Counted from the stretch's first letter, positions 1 through 11,834 are shown. The stretch: DNA of 64,000 bases from Eledone cirrhosa (GCA_964016885.1 CAXHJY010000988.1:62001-126000); one strand, 5' to 3'. Notes: generated by a model not told the origin, from the sequence alone. Translations and numbers: made by a program.

Positions 1-250
1 AGAGTTTTGCCATAAGTCTTTTGTGTGGCACAGAATTGAAAGCTTTAACAAAGTCAAGGTAAACAACATCCACCCATGAGCCGCCATCAGTGATCCGGGT
101 GATGTCTTCAAGAAACTCGATAAGTTGATCACAGCAGCTGGAGTTAGGGATAAATCCAAATTGTGAGGGCCGGATAAGACTGTGAGAGTTCCAGAAGTTC
201 TAAAGTGTTTCTCTGACACAGGATTCCATCGGTTTGGCAATGCAGCTAGT
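1..250 (-). pseudogene. CR1/L2-group LINE reverse transcriptase fragment
   Basis: Minus-strand translation CIAKPMESCVRETL*NFWNSHSLIRPSQFGFIPNSSCCDQL...VDVVYLDFVKAFNSVPHKRLMAKL has the QFGF and YLDFxKAF RT motifs; one in-frame stop. Confidence 0.85.
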
Positions 251-332
251 AAGACTGACTGGACGATAGTTGACAGTGATGTGCGGTCACACTTTTTGAA
301 CAGAAGAATGACACTGTTAATAAATAATATTT

Positions 333-590
333 AAAATGAGGTCGTGTAGGTGTCACGACAAAAAAACACACAGTCCACGCTGTAATGTGGCCGTGTAGGT
401 AACACGGTAAAAACCTCCCAGTCCACACTGTAAACGTGGTTGGTGTTAGGAAGGGCATCCAGCCATAGAAAACCCGCCAGACAGTCCTATACGAGCAGGA
501 CAACCAATCTTGCCTCAAGTGGAAAAATTCCCGTCTAAATCCATGCAAGCGTGGAAGATAGACGTTAAACGATGATGATGATGATGATGA
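333..590 (+). mobile_element. RTE LINE 3' UTR fragment with (GAT)n tail
   Basis: Near-identical to the reverse complement of 33509-33772; ends gacgttaaac(gat)n. Confidence 0.85.
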
Positions 591-633
591 TATACACGCA
601 TATATACACATATATATACACAGAGATACATAT

Positions 634-665
<32 letters not shown>

Positions 666-1591
666 CCATATCCATACATAAACACACCAACACATGTATA
701 TATATATATATATATATACATATATATAAATACATGCACACACATACATATATATATACATATATATATACATATATATACACATACACATACATACATA
801 CATACATACACACACACATACATACACACATATATATACACATATGCATACGTACTCACATATAAAAGGATACGTATGCTCACACATAAATAAGAATAAA
901 TAATCATAATAGGCTGTCACATACAAATAAGCAAATAAAAAATAAGGATTAAGAAAATAAAAAATAAAAAATATTAAGTTGACAGCGATACAAGACGGCA
1001 AAATTTAAAATAAAAATAAAAATAAAAATAATAATAATAATAATTGTTTCTACTTTTGGCACAAGGCCAGCAAATAATCAGTACATTACTGGTACTTTAT
1101 TTTATCGACCCCGTAAGGATGAAAGGCAAAGTTAACCTCGGCGGGATTTGAACTCAGAATGGCAAGGGCCGAAACTCTATGCATCAAAGCATGGCGTCCG
1201 ACTCTACCAATACTGCCAATCCACCAATAATAATAATAATAAATGACCAAACGCACGTGGTAAGCAAATGCACAAAAAAAACTAAATATATATATATATA
1301 AAAATATATATATATACACACACACACACATATATATATATATATGTACATACACACACACACATACATATACACACACATACGCATACATATAAATATA
1401 CAAGCACACCCCATACATATAAACACAGCACAGACACAAAAGAGTATATACATACAAATACATATACACGCACACATAAATGCATACAACCACAAACACA
1501 CATATAGTGTAAAAATGTCTTAAAGATAAAATCACAAATATAAAAACTATAAAGTTACATACACACATACGCATAAGTACGTACACACTCA

Positions 1592-1684
<93 letters not shown>

Positions 1685-1821
1685 ATATATATATGTAAAA
1701 AAAAAACATAAATATATATATATACACACATATACACACCTACACACATACACACACACATACATATATATATATACACGCACGCATATACACATATATA
1801 TACATACATACATACACATAT

Positions 1822-1872
<51 letters not shown>
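590..1872. repeat. (TA)n/(CA)n/(TACA)n microsatellite field interrupted by a SINE
   Basis: Dinucleotide and tetranucleotide runs; source of the YI/CV/HT ORFs. Confidence 0.9.
1040..1225 (-). mobile_element. tRNA-derived SINE, family A
   Basis: ggcagtattggtagag (A-box-like), gagttcaaatcc (B-box), ggggtcgataaaataaagtaccagt, (ATT)n tail; at least 8 copies in the window. Confidence 0.85.
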
Positions 1873-1875
<3 letters not shown>

Positions 1876-2587
1876 TCATAATCTATAAAGCTCAGTGTGT
1901 GGTCATGCTCCTTCGTTATAGAAATCTACGATATAGAATTTCTTCAATTGAAATTTACAATTTAGTATCCGAAATAGTTTCGATTGCGTCTTGGCGCAGA
2001 TAATTTTTTCAATTTCACCCACAATTACGCAAAAAATAGATAAAACTCAATATTTTACGTTTTTCTCTCTCATTTAAACTGCTGAACTCTTTCTACTACC
2101 ATTCAAAATCTATACAACTTCATACTTTCTGCTACTTTCTCTTTCCAAGCTTGATGGTGATACTGTCCGTTAACACCAGTCCCTACTGTCTTAAATTTAG
2201 AAAACACATATCCTCTATGAGGTCACTAAACCTGCTAGAAACAACAGCTAACTCTCCCTCATATCACAACCCTCCCTACTGTCTTAAATTTAGAAAACAC
2301 ACAGACAACCATGCAGAACAACTCCATCGCAGCTCTGTTGTTCGGCTGGCATCGTCTACGCGCGTGTTGCGCAAGTACTGTGAAACAATAAATTTCAACA
2401 CTTTTTTGCACAGAGATAATATCCATAGGCGAAACTACAATTGTCACTGCTGGCGCAGCTCCTGCTTCCAGGTCTGCAATTCATTCACCCAGTGCCTGGC
2501 AGACAAAAAAGTGCTGCCATAAAATGGGTGGTGCAACCTAACTTTGGTAACTTAATGACCCCGAGCAACGCCAGGCTTTAATGCTAG
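1873..2587 (+). mobile_element. Non-autonomous Helitron
   Basis: 5' TC...tctataaagc start; 3' subterminal hairpin ccgagcaacgccagg followed by CTAG|T; flanked by (TA)n. Confidence 0.6.
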
Positions 2588-2832
2588 TATATATATAAAA
2601 GAAATACATGAAAATTTATTTTCAATTTTATGCATATATATATATATACACACATACATATATACACATATATATACATATATATACATACATATATATA
2701 CATATACATATACACATATATATACATACATACATACACAAAATAAAAAAAATATATATATATATATACGCACACACACACATATATTTATATCATCATC
2801 ATCACTGTTTAACATCCATTTTCTGCGGTAGC

Positions 2833-2867
<35 letters not shown>

Positions 2868-2877
2868 TATTATATAT

Positions 2878-3263
2878 AATATAAAATCAAAAGATGGTCA
2901 AAAGAGTTCCATGTATTTTATTATGCGCATTTTAAAAACAAATATCATCATGGGATGATATTTGCGTTTTCATCAGATAAAATAGGGAGACATGACATGA
3001 AGCTTAAAAAACACTTGCAAGCAGGGAAGTGTTAAATCAACATTTTAAGCTTCATATCATGTCTCCCTATTTTATCTGAAGAGAACGCAAATATCATCCC
3101 ATGATGATATTTGTTTTTGAAATGCGCATAATAAAATACATGGAACTCTTTTAGCCATCTTTTGATTTTATATTATTTATACTCCAGTCCTACAAACAGT
3201 TGAGTGCTACTTATTCAATATTTGCATTGCTTTATTGTGCTACAATAAAACTCACGTCCTACA
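2878..3263 (+). mobile_element. Fold-back PLE pseudo-LTR / retrozyme-like cassette
   Basis: Inverted arms 2878-3009 and 3043-3174, unpaired tail to 3263, (TA)n on both sides, contains HHR. Confidence 0.8.
3068..3138 (+). ncRNA. Type I hammerhead ribozyme
   Basis: tattttat CTGAAGA [caaatatcatc/gatgatatttg] GAAA tgcgca TA ataaaata; 8-bp stem I, palindromic mini stem III. Confidence 0.85.
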
Positions 3264-3264
3264 T

Positions 3265-3355
<91 letters not shown>

Positions 3356-3417
3356 TAGATATATATATGAAAACAGGGAGAAAGAGACGGTTATGAGGAA
3401 GAAAAAATATATATATA

Positions 3418-3477
<60 letters not shown>

Positions 3478-3482
<5 letters not shown>

Positions 3483-4065
3483 ATACTTTGGGAGGGTCAT
3501 GTTGCCAATAAGAAACACATGCACCAGTTGCTTTCACTTCAATTTATTATAATAAATTTATAAATTTAGGAATTTATAAATTTCCGGTTGGTCGGTTGGT
3601 TCCACAACCAGATGGTTGTTTATATATTGTCAAAAACAAGATGCCGTAGGACAGAACAAAGGAGAGGGAGGCACAAAAAACAAAGAAAAGAATCCCCAGT
3701 CACTGAAGAGGTCACAGAATGTGTGACGAAAGAACTTTGACAATATATAAACAACCATCTGGTTGTGGAACCAACCAACCGAAAATTTATAAATTCCTAA
3801 ATTTATAAATTTATTATAATAAATTGAAGTGAAAGCAACTGGTGCGTGTGTTTCTTATTGGCAACATGACCCTCCCAAAGTATAACAATATATATATATA
3901 TATATATATAGTAAACTATATATATATATATAATTTATAATAAATTGAAGTGAAAGCAACTGGTGCGTGTGTTTCTTATTGGCAACATGACCCTCCCAAA
4001 GTATAACAATAGCGGTTTCAACACATGTTTTCAGATAAAGAATCTTGCTAAACAAATTCAGAAAC
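3478..4065. mobile_element. HHR-bearing PLE-type terminal repeat, family B (inverted and repeated copies)
   Basis: 3478-3633 is the inverse of 3736-3890; third partial copy 3936-4065; terminus ctcccaaagtataacaata abuts (TA)n; same family at 43690-44300 and 59752. Confidence 0.8.
3699..3741 (+). ncRNA. Minimal type I hammerhead ribozyme (family B)
   Basis: gtca CTGAAGA g[gtcaca/tgtgac] GAAA gaac TT tgac. Confidence 0.75.
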
Positions 4066-4089
4066 GATATATATATATATATATATATA

Positions 4090-4293
4090 TAGGAACGAGT
4101 AGGACCCCGACGGCTGAGCTCAAGCCGTTTCGATGGCTAATTCTGGACAGAATTCTGGACAGAATTAGCCTTCGAAACGGCTTGAGCTCAGCCGTCGGGG
4201 TCATACTCGTTCCTATTACCCACTCTACTACCCTAAGTATTGAGTACTTTGGTGCGTTCTGGTCCACCTGGTTCCTTACCACATTTCCTTCGT
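4090..4293 (+). mobile_element. Fold-back cassette carrying the 3' half of an HHR
   Basis: Palindrome ~4090-4215 with GAAAC ggct..agcc GTC on both strands; tail to 4293; (TA)n flanks. Confidence 0.7.
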
Positions 4294-4450
4294 TATATAT
4301 ATATATATTTAAAGGTTAAACAAGGTTCAATGAATAAATCAAAGAATAAAGTTTTACAATAGATTAGAAGCACTCCACTGGTATGGTTTTCCGGAGTTAT
4401 TAATATTAATTCAAAATATTAACAAAAATAGACATTCGTGTGTTCAAGTA

Positions 4451-4517
4451 TATTTTATTATACATATTTCAGAGGTACTGAGCTATCTTCAACAGTACGT
4501 CCTCATCAGATAAAATA
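4451..4517 (-). ncRNA. Type I hammerhead ribozyme in cassette 4311-4583
   Basis: Minus strand: tattttat CTGATGA [gtactg/cagtac] GAAA tatgta TA ataaaata. Confidence 0.85.
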
Positions 4518-5871
4518 AGATGATGCATGACATACCCTGACTAAGTAGATGGTTAAAATTCAGTCATGCCATGACTGAATTTATATATATATATATATAT
4601 TATATATGTTTGTGTGTGTGTGCACCAAAATTGCACCATCTGACCCTGTAAAGAAAGGGGATATATAGTAGAGCCGGTGTATCCCTGTCACCTGCTATTG
4701 TACATAGCTCAGATGTAGATTTAACCCTTTTATCAATAGATCTGCTTCAATGAGATGTATGACAAACAAGAAAAAAGAATGTGTGTGTGTGAATGGTGTG
4801 TATGCCACACATACAAGTGAAATTTATCTGCTGGTGTATATATGTAATCTGTCTAATAACCACTTTTAACACAAGCCATCTCTCCCCAACCCAAATAAAT
4901 CCACACACATCACCTATAAAATTTAATTTATTGCTCTCTAAAAATGACTACAGCCAAACTTTATCAAATTTGAAATCTCCATTTTAAGTCGTTCTCCAAG
5001 AATACTGTCTCCAATTGTATTCTTAGACAAATATTTACATTAAAAAAAACATATCACCATTAATCACTTCAGAAGGAAATTTTTCAAATTTACATTTCTT
5101 GGTTATTTTTATAAATCTTATCATTCAGTTTTATAAACACTAGTTGCAGGAATTAAAATTGTATGAATGGTATTTAAAACCTATAACTACATAATTACCT
5201 CCCAAAATCTCTTTCATGAAGCTTAACCAACTTAATGTGTGAATCCAATTTAGAATAGGTGCACGGTATCCATGCATGTAGTAGGAAGTTATTAAAAGGG
5301 TTGGTATCAGGTATGGCATCTAGTTGTAAAACATTGCTGTCACAGGTCCCATCCAGCCTGTGTGCCGGTATGGAAAAGTCAATATGAAAATGATGATAAA
5401 TACAGCCGGTTTAAATGCTAAAGTGTTAAACATTAGAGTTTTCTTCTTGCTCAAAACTAAACAATGTATTTCACTTTAGAATTGTTTTTAGTCACTACAA
5501 CTATTACCAGTTTGGAGGGAATTCTTCTTATTTCTCGTAGATTAGTAATTATATCAAATATATATCATCATCATCATTATCATCATTATCATCATTATCA
5601 TTATATTACATCTGATTTTCCACACTTGCATAGGTCAGACAATATGCGTGTGTGGTGTGTATCATCATCATTATCATCGTCATCGTTTAATGTCCACTTT
5701 CCCTGCTAACAAGGGATGGATGGGTCTCCATAGACCAAATCAGTATTGAAGCAGGGCTAATAACCTTCTAGACAGGCTGAGGGGTGTGCATTTTGCTTAT
5801 ATATGGTCATACATTCTATGAAGTGAATAGAAGAAGAAGGAGGAGGGGGGGAAGAAGGCGGGGGGGGGGGG

Positions 5872-5909
5872 AGAAGAAGAAGAAGAAGAAGAAGAAGAAG
5901 AAGAAGAAG

Positions 5910-5939
<30 letters not shown>
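5872..5939. repeat. (GAA)n microsatellite
   Basis: Direct reading. Confidence 0.95.
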
Positions 5940-5940
<1 letters not shown>

Positions 5941-5999
5941 GGGGATGGGGGTGAGGATGAGGATGAAAAGAACCAGCCAATTTTGTCCAGAAGGAGAGA

Positions 6000-6425
6000 G
6001 TGATAGGGAGGAAGAATCAACCCCAGCACTTGACTGGTACTTTTTTATTGACCTCGAAGAGATGAAAGGCAAAGTTGGCTTAGACAGATTTTGAACCCTG
6101 AGCATAGAGAACCAGATCAAATATCACAATGCATTCAACTGAGCATTCTAACATATTTGCCAATTCACTGCCTTATATGGTCTTGTATGTATGGTTTTGT
6201 AACTCCTGATAGAGTCTTTGGGGTGCCATATTGACATACAGCAGATTTCTTCCAGAAAGAGCAAGAATCAACCCCAGTACTAGACTGGTACTTTTTTTTT
6301 ATTGACCTCAAAAGGACAAAATGTAAAGTTGACCTCAGCGAGATTTGAGCTGAGAGAACAGAGAGTCAGAATACCATCAAGCATTCTCTCTGACATTCTA
6401 ACGACTCTGCCAATTCGCCGCCATA
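6000..6425 (-). mobile_element. Two diverged family-A-related SINEs
   Basis: actggtacttt..attgacctc..aaaggcaaagtt motifs at ~6035 and ~6285. Confidence 0.65.
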
Positions 6426-6648
6426 TATGTGTTCTTAGATAGCTATATAAATACATTTTTGACATAATAGAAAGTTGACAATGGAGACATGCCACAGTCT
6501 CCAATGAAAGTTTTCTAATTGTATTCATTTTGAACATGTCTTTAAGAAAGTGTACAAAAAAAGACATTTGTTGCAACAGACAGAAAAAGACATGCACCAA
6601 GTTGATAGCTTAGAAAGCAGTTTTTATCACAATTCTCTTGTAATATCA

Positions 6649-7045
6649 ACATTATTAAACACAACATTAAACACAAAATTAAACACATTATTAAACACAA
6701 CATTAAACACAAAATTAAACACAACATTAAACACAACATTAAACACAACATTAAACACAAAATTAAACACATTATTAAACACAACATTAAACACAAAATT
6801 AAACACAACATTAAACACAACATTAAACACAACATTAAACACAAAATTAAACACATTATTAAACACATTAAACACAAAATTAAACACATTATTAAACACA
6901 ACATTAAACACAAAATTAAACACATTATTAAACACAACATTAAACACAAAATTAAACACATTATTAAACACAACATTAAACACAAAATTAAACACATTAT
7001 TAAACACAACATTAAACACAAAATTAAACACATTATTAAACACAA
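6649..7045. repeat. 36-bp minisatellite built from three 12-bp TTAAACAC-NNNN subunits
   Basis: ttaaacacaaca ttaaacacaaaa ttaaacacatta repeated ~11 times. Confidence 0.9.
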
Positions 7046-7353
7046 AAAAAACAACACATGAAAAGTTTGGAACCTCTCTATCAGACAAAGCTATGAACAA
7101 TCTTGTCAGACAATGTTTTTCAGACCATGTTATGAATAATAACATTCCTGATCTGACCAGACACAACATGCAGGCTAAGGTATTACATGACCAACTACAA
7201 CAGATTGGCCATGTTCAAAGAATGTTTTATCATTGACTGCTTATGTTGGGAGGATTGCACGAAGGAAGGCATTTCCATTAGGAGGTCTGAGGTAGTGTTA
7301 GAAATATCAGCTAAAATTTGGAAATATTGATGCTTCCTTGTGGATGTTTGATG

Positions 7354-7490
7354 TCTTCTTCTTCTTCTTCTTCTTCTTCTTCTTCTTCTTCTTCTTCTTC
7401 TTCTTCTTCTTCTTCTTCTTCTTCTTCTTCTTCTTCTTCTTCTTCTTCTTCTTCTTCTTCTTCTTCTTCCACCACCACCACCACCACCAC
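7354..7490. repeat. (CTT)n followed by (CCA)n
   Basis: Direct reading. Confidence 0.95.
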
Positions 7491-7494
7491 AACC

Positions 7495-7660
7495 TGAGAG
7501 GGTCGTGGGGGCAGAGTCCTCAAACATTCCCTCCAGTGGGTCCTGTCAGAAACAACTGTCACCAACTGATCCGGTTGGATCCCCAAGCATGACCAGTCAA
7601 CCATCTTACTCGGGGCCCACCCCTGGGTCTCCTGCCAGTTGGTTTTGTCCAGTCATTCTT
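7495..7660 (-). mobile_element. Degraded RTE-type LINE C-terminal fragment
   Basis: KPTGRRPRGGPRVRW and HWRECLRTLPPRP in minus frames resemble the RTE ORF end. Confidence 0.5.
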
Positions 7661-7804
7661 TCCTGAGACATTCTAACCACAGTCCATAGTATGTTCTGGC
7701 AGAGAAAATGTTAGACACAATTCTTTGAAAGTTGCCATAAAGAAGAGGCTTAGAGAGACATCGGCATCGACATCAGGAAGAACACTGGCAGTCAGCTGCA
7801 CCTC

Positions 7805-7879
7805 ATGTGTGTATGTGCATGTGTGCACATTCACATATATGTAGATATGTGTACGTGTGTGTGCACATTCACATGTATG

Positions 7880-7920
<41 letters not shown>

Positions 7921-8111
7921 ACACATTCACATGTATGTATACATATGTGTGTGTATGTGTGTGCACATTCACATGTATGTATATATATATATGTGTGTGT
8001 GTGTATGTGTGTGTGCACATTCACATGTATGTATATATATATATGTGTGTGTGTGTGTATGTACACATTCACATGTATGTATACATATGTGTGTGCACAT
8101 TTACATGTATG

Positions 8112-8144
<33 letters not shown>

Positions 8145-8207
8145 ATGTACACATTCACATGTATGTATACATATGTGTGTGTATGTGTGTGCACATTTAC
8201 ATGTATG

Positions 8208-8263
<56 letters not shown>

Positions 8264-8305
8264 CACATGTATGTATACATATGTGTGTGTATGTGTGTGT
8301 ACATT

Positions 8306-8352
<47 letters not shown>
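7805..8352. repeat. Compound minisatellite (tgtgcacattcacatgtatg with TA/TG runs)
   Basis: Recurrent cacattcacatgtatgtata anchor. Confidence 0.9.
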
Positions 8353-8354
<2 letters not shown>

Positions 8355-8705
8355 CACATAAGAAATGGAGAATCAGTGATGCAACGAATAAGATTTATTA
8401 GACATATTACAATCGTTTCTCTGGTGACCAGCTTGAGGCACGATCGGTGCAGTGATCAAACCTGACTCTGAAATCGCAAGATCCTCAGATATGTCTCGAT
8501 TCTACGAAGCAGAGTCAGGTTTGATCACTGCATCGATCGTGCCTCGAGCTGGTCGCCAGAGTAACGATTGTAATATGTCTAATAAATCTTATTCATTGCA
8601 CCACTGATTCTCCGTTTCTCGTGTGATATTATACTCTGCTCTGTAAGAGCATCAAGTGCTCAAACGGCCTACCGCATACGGACGCTTTCAGCATCCCACA
8701 CCAAT
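8352..8705. mobile_element. Fold-back PLE pseudo-LTR / retrozyme-like cassette
   Basis: Imperfect inverted arms ~8355-8470 and ~8511-8626, tail to 8705; (TA)n flanks. Confidence 0.8.
8400..8496 (-). ncRNA. Type I hammerhead ribozyme with long stem II region
   Basis: Minus strand: agacatat CTGAGGA tct...(~60 nt)...aga GAAA cgattg TA atatgtct. Confidence 0.75.
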
Positions 8706-8711
8706 TATATA

Positions 8712-9080
8712 TCATCATTTTACGTCCACTTTTCCCTGCTTGCAAGGGTGGGACAGGAACTGATTCTGGCTTGATTTCTACAGCTGGATGCCCTTCCTAA
8801 CACCAACCTCATTTACAGTGAGTGCTGGGTGCTTTTTTCCGTGGCGCATACACGTCTACTTTACAGTGTGGGCTGGGTGCTTTTTTGCCGTGGCACTTCC
8901 ACGTCCACTTTGCAGTGGAATGATATGGACCCAAGTCCTATCATCTCATTTCTACAGCTGAGTAAACTGGAGCAATGTGAAATAAAGTGTCTTGCTCAAG
9001 GAAACAACACATCACCTGGTCTGAGAATTGAATTCACAACCTTTCGATTGCAAGGCCAATGCTCTAACCACTAAGCCATG
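8712..9080 (-). mobile_element. tRNA-headed SINE with RTE-derived 3' tail
   Basis: Head tggcttagtggttagagc..gaattcaattc, body ccttgagcaagacactttatttcac, tail matching the RTE 3' UTR and (GAT)n; second copy 36907-37250. Confidence 0.8.
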
Positions 9081-9407
9081 TATAACCCATGCTAGCGTGG
9101 AAGATAGATGTTAAACGATGATGATGATGATGATGATGATATATATATGTTTGTGTATATATAAATAGGTAATTTATAAATCAGCTTATATTTATATTTC
9201 TTATATTTAATATTTACAAATATATTTATAATTACATTTTAACAATAAATGTAATTACATTTTTTCTCATATTTAATAAAAAATTTCCTTTAATTGTGGG
9301 CTTATATTACATTTAATTCTATGCAGCTTTAAAAGTTTCTTGCCTCTGGTTTCTAACATGATTTATAGAGCCATATTTGACAGATAATAGCAGTCTAATG
9401 TGTGACT

Positions 9408-9700
9408 GTGAAGGCTTTGTAGTTAGGGAATTTGGCTCACAATCGTTAGGTCATGAGTTCGATTCCCAGCGGTGCGCCGTGTCCTTGAGCAAGACACTTT
9501 ATTTCACGTTGCTCCAGACCACTCAGTTGGCATATGTGAGTTGTATCTGTAATTCAAAGGGCCAGCCTAGTCACATTCTGAGATTACTCATGTTTGTGGA
9601 ATGCTCAGCCACTTGCACACTAATTTCATGAGCAGGCTGTTCTATTGATCGGATCAACTGGAACACTCTTCGTTGTAACCGACGGAGTGTCCTCCTCCTC
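9408..9700 (+). mobile_element. tRNA-derived SINE, family B
   Basis: gagttcgattcc B-box and gtccttgagcaagacactttatttcac body; related copies near 12600-12785, 23290-23500 and 25790-26020. Confidence 0.75.
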
Positions 9701-9865
9701 AGTGTGTGGTTAAAATAGTCACCTGGACTATGATAGATGCATGGTCCAAGTCCTGTAAGATAGTGTATTCTATTTCTACCTAGATTAATGCTTGCAAATG
9801 TCCATATATATAATATATATATTTATGTGCTGAGGGGAAATGCTAATGGTGTGGCTACCTCCATA

Positions 9866-11005
9866 TTATATGGTGTTATACCATATAACGCGTCGGAATC
9901 TATATTTCCTAGGTCTATTCTTGTACTCTGTATATGCTACCTTATTGACAAATCTGCGCCGAGCAAGAGCTTCATTGTAATATGTGGAATGGTTGGTGAA
10001 AATATGCTCGTTTGTAGATAGATGGGAAAGCCTCAAAGAAACGTTTGTTACCAGGTTCTTGGTTATGCTGGCAGGATGGTTAGAATGCTTACTTATGTAA
10101 TTAAGCATATCATTTGGCTTTCTATACGGGTAATGCTAGCTATTCGACAAATTGAGGGTAACGTTGAGGTAATTAACGACCGAGAGGTTGGAACCTTTAA
10201 AGAAAGCTGTGAGTTCTTTTCTAATCCTGTCACACTTAGTCATGGTCAAAAGACCATCATCACGGTACAAACCACCGCCCACGTTGGGGAATACTTTCTT
10301 GATAGAGAAAAGAAGGAAAAGGTCGATAAGATCAGTAACCTCCGTCGAATCGCTGGCGCCCATACTCACGTCGAATGGGGTACTATTAGATTTTTTTATC
10401 CAAATAGAGTCGCCGAAATTAATCACCAACTTACGGGCATTGAGGATGACATCAACTTCGAAATCCTTAACCACCGTGAGCGTTTTAGTGAAATTGATAG
10501 CTCTAAGAAGAAGTGGTAAAGTGATGGAGGAGTAGTAGTTATTGATGTCGAATTGGATAAAACGGTAATGTTCCTTGTTGCATATGCCATTGAACCAATC
10601 AATCACTGCGGAAGAATTATTCCACAGTGCAAGAGGAGCCAAGCTTCTAATTTCAGGTATAGTTCTATCTAAAATCCTTTTACTAAGTCTACCTAAATCA
10701 GACTTTGTAGGGTTAATAAGCCGAATAGAGGGGTTGTTAGTGAAATTGGGTTTGTGATCCTTCAGGGTAAAGTGGGGAGAAATAGGGTCCAGAGGTTCGG
10801 TCCGGTCCTGGATGTTGAGTTGAGAAGTGATTTTAAACCCAGCATCGTTGGTATCATTAATGACACGCCGATTAGTTTTACGGTAATCCTTAGTTACAGC
10901 ATTATGTAGCAGTTAATGGTAAGTACTGCGCTCCACTTGATATAGATTACCAGTTTTGTCGGAGTGGACGTGCACGGCATTAAAATCCTTAATAGAACGA
11001 ATCCT
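9866..11005 (-). pseudogene. Penelope-like element RT fragment (YRDD type)
   Basis: FIQFDINNYYSSI, FDVSMGASDSTEV, GLYRDDGLL, NYLNVTLNL, SKHSNHP; frameshifted; same family as 38867-39640. Confidence 0.85.
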
Positions 11006-11159
11006 ATGCCAGCAACATATCAAACATCGGTTTTTTCATTTGAGGATACCATTCTCGTAAACAACAGCACATGCATTAAGGACATCTCGATTGCATGGAG
11101 AACCATGGAAATAATTATAATAATTAAACGATATATGTAACCTCAGCATCTTATTTTGT

Positions 11160-11236
<77 letters not shown>

Positions 11237-11427
11237 GTTTTGAGGTTCACCACTGTATAGAGCTGGTCTATTCCGTATGGTCAATCGTAATGCAATAATA
11301 TAGAGAGTCCTCAACGTAAGGCAGTTCAACCGTCTTTGTTTTTGTAGTTGGTGGTGCTATTACGGAGTTAAATATTATAATGAAATGACAGGAGGCTGGA
11401 TTTGTGTAAATCCTTGAAAGGTTTATT

Positions 11428-11485
11428 ATACTATGATCATTTCAATGACCGGGTTCCGTATGAATCCGGTGATATCATCAGGTAT
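11428..11485 (-). ncRNA. Type I hammerhead ribozyme (inverse copy of 11624-11681)
   Basis: Reverse complement of the plus-strand motif. Confidence 0.8.
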
Positions 11486-11623
11486 TCGAAATATAATACG
11501 TGAATGTAATAGATAAAATCCATGGGGCTGAAAATAGAGGACCCGAGGGCGACCGCTATTCTGTTCCTTCAAGGAATTCAGCCCCATGGATTTTATCTAT
11601 TACATTCACGTATTATATTTCGA

Positions 11624-11681
11624 ATACCTGATGATATCACCGGATTCATACGGAACCCGGTCATTGAAATGATCATAGTAT
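11624..11681 (+). ncRNA. Type I hammerhead ribozyme
   Basis: atac CTGATGA [accgg/ccggt] GAAA tgatca TA gtat; palindromic stem III. Confidence 0.8.
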
Positions 11682-11729
11682 AATAAACCTTTCAAGGATT
11701 TACACAAATCCAGCCTCCTGACATTTCAT

Positions 11730-11834
<105 letters not shown>

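Noticed and set aside
1040-1225. tRNA genes at SINE heads
   Set aside because: Only A/B-box similarity; no complete cloverleaf, and each continues into a SINE body
246-1879. YI/CV/HT-rich ORFs here and at 7.8-8.4 kb and 28.4-29.8 kb
   Set aside because: Translations of dinucleotide microsatellites
6550-7236. 228-aa TLLN-repeat ORF as a gene
   Set aside because: GTG start, openness explained by the 12-bp period, flanks without a recognisable domain
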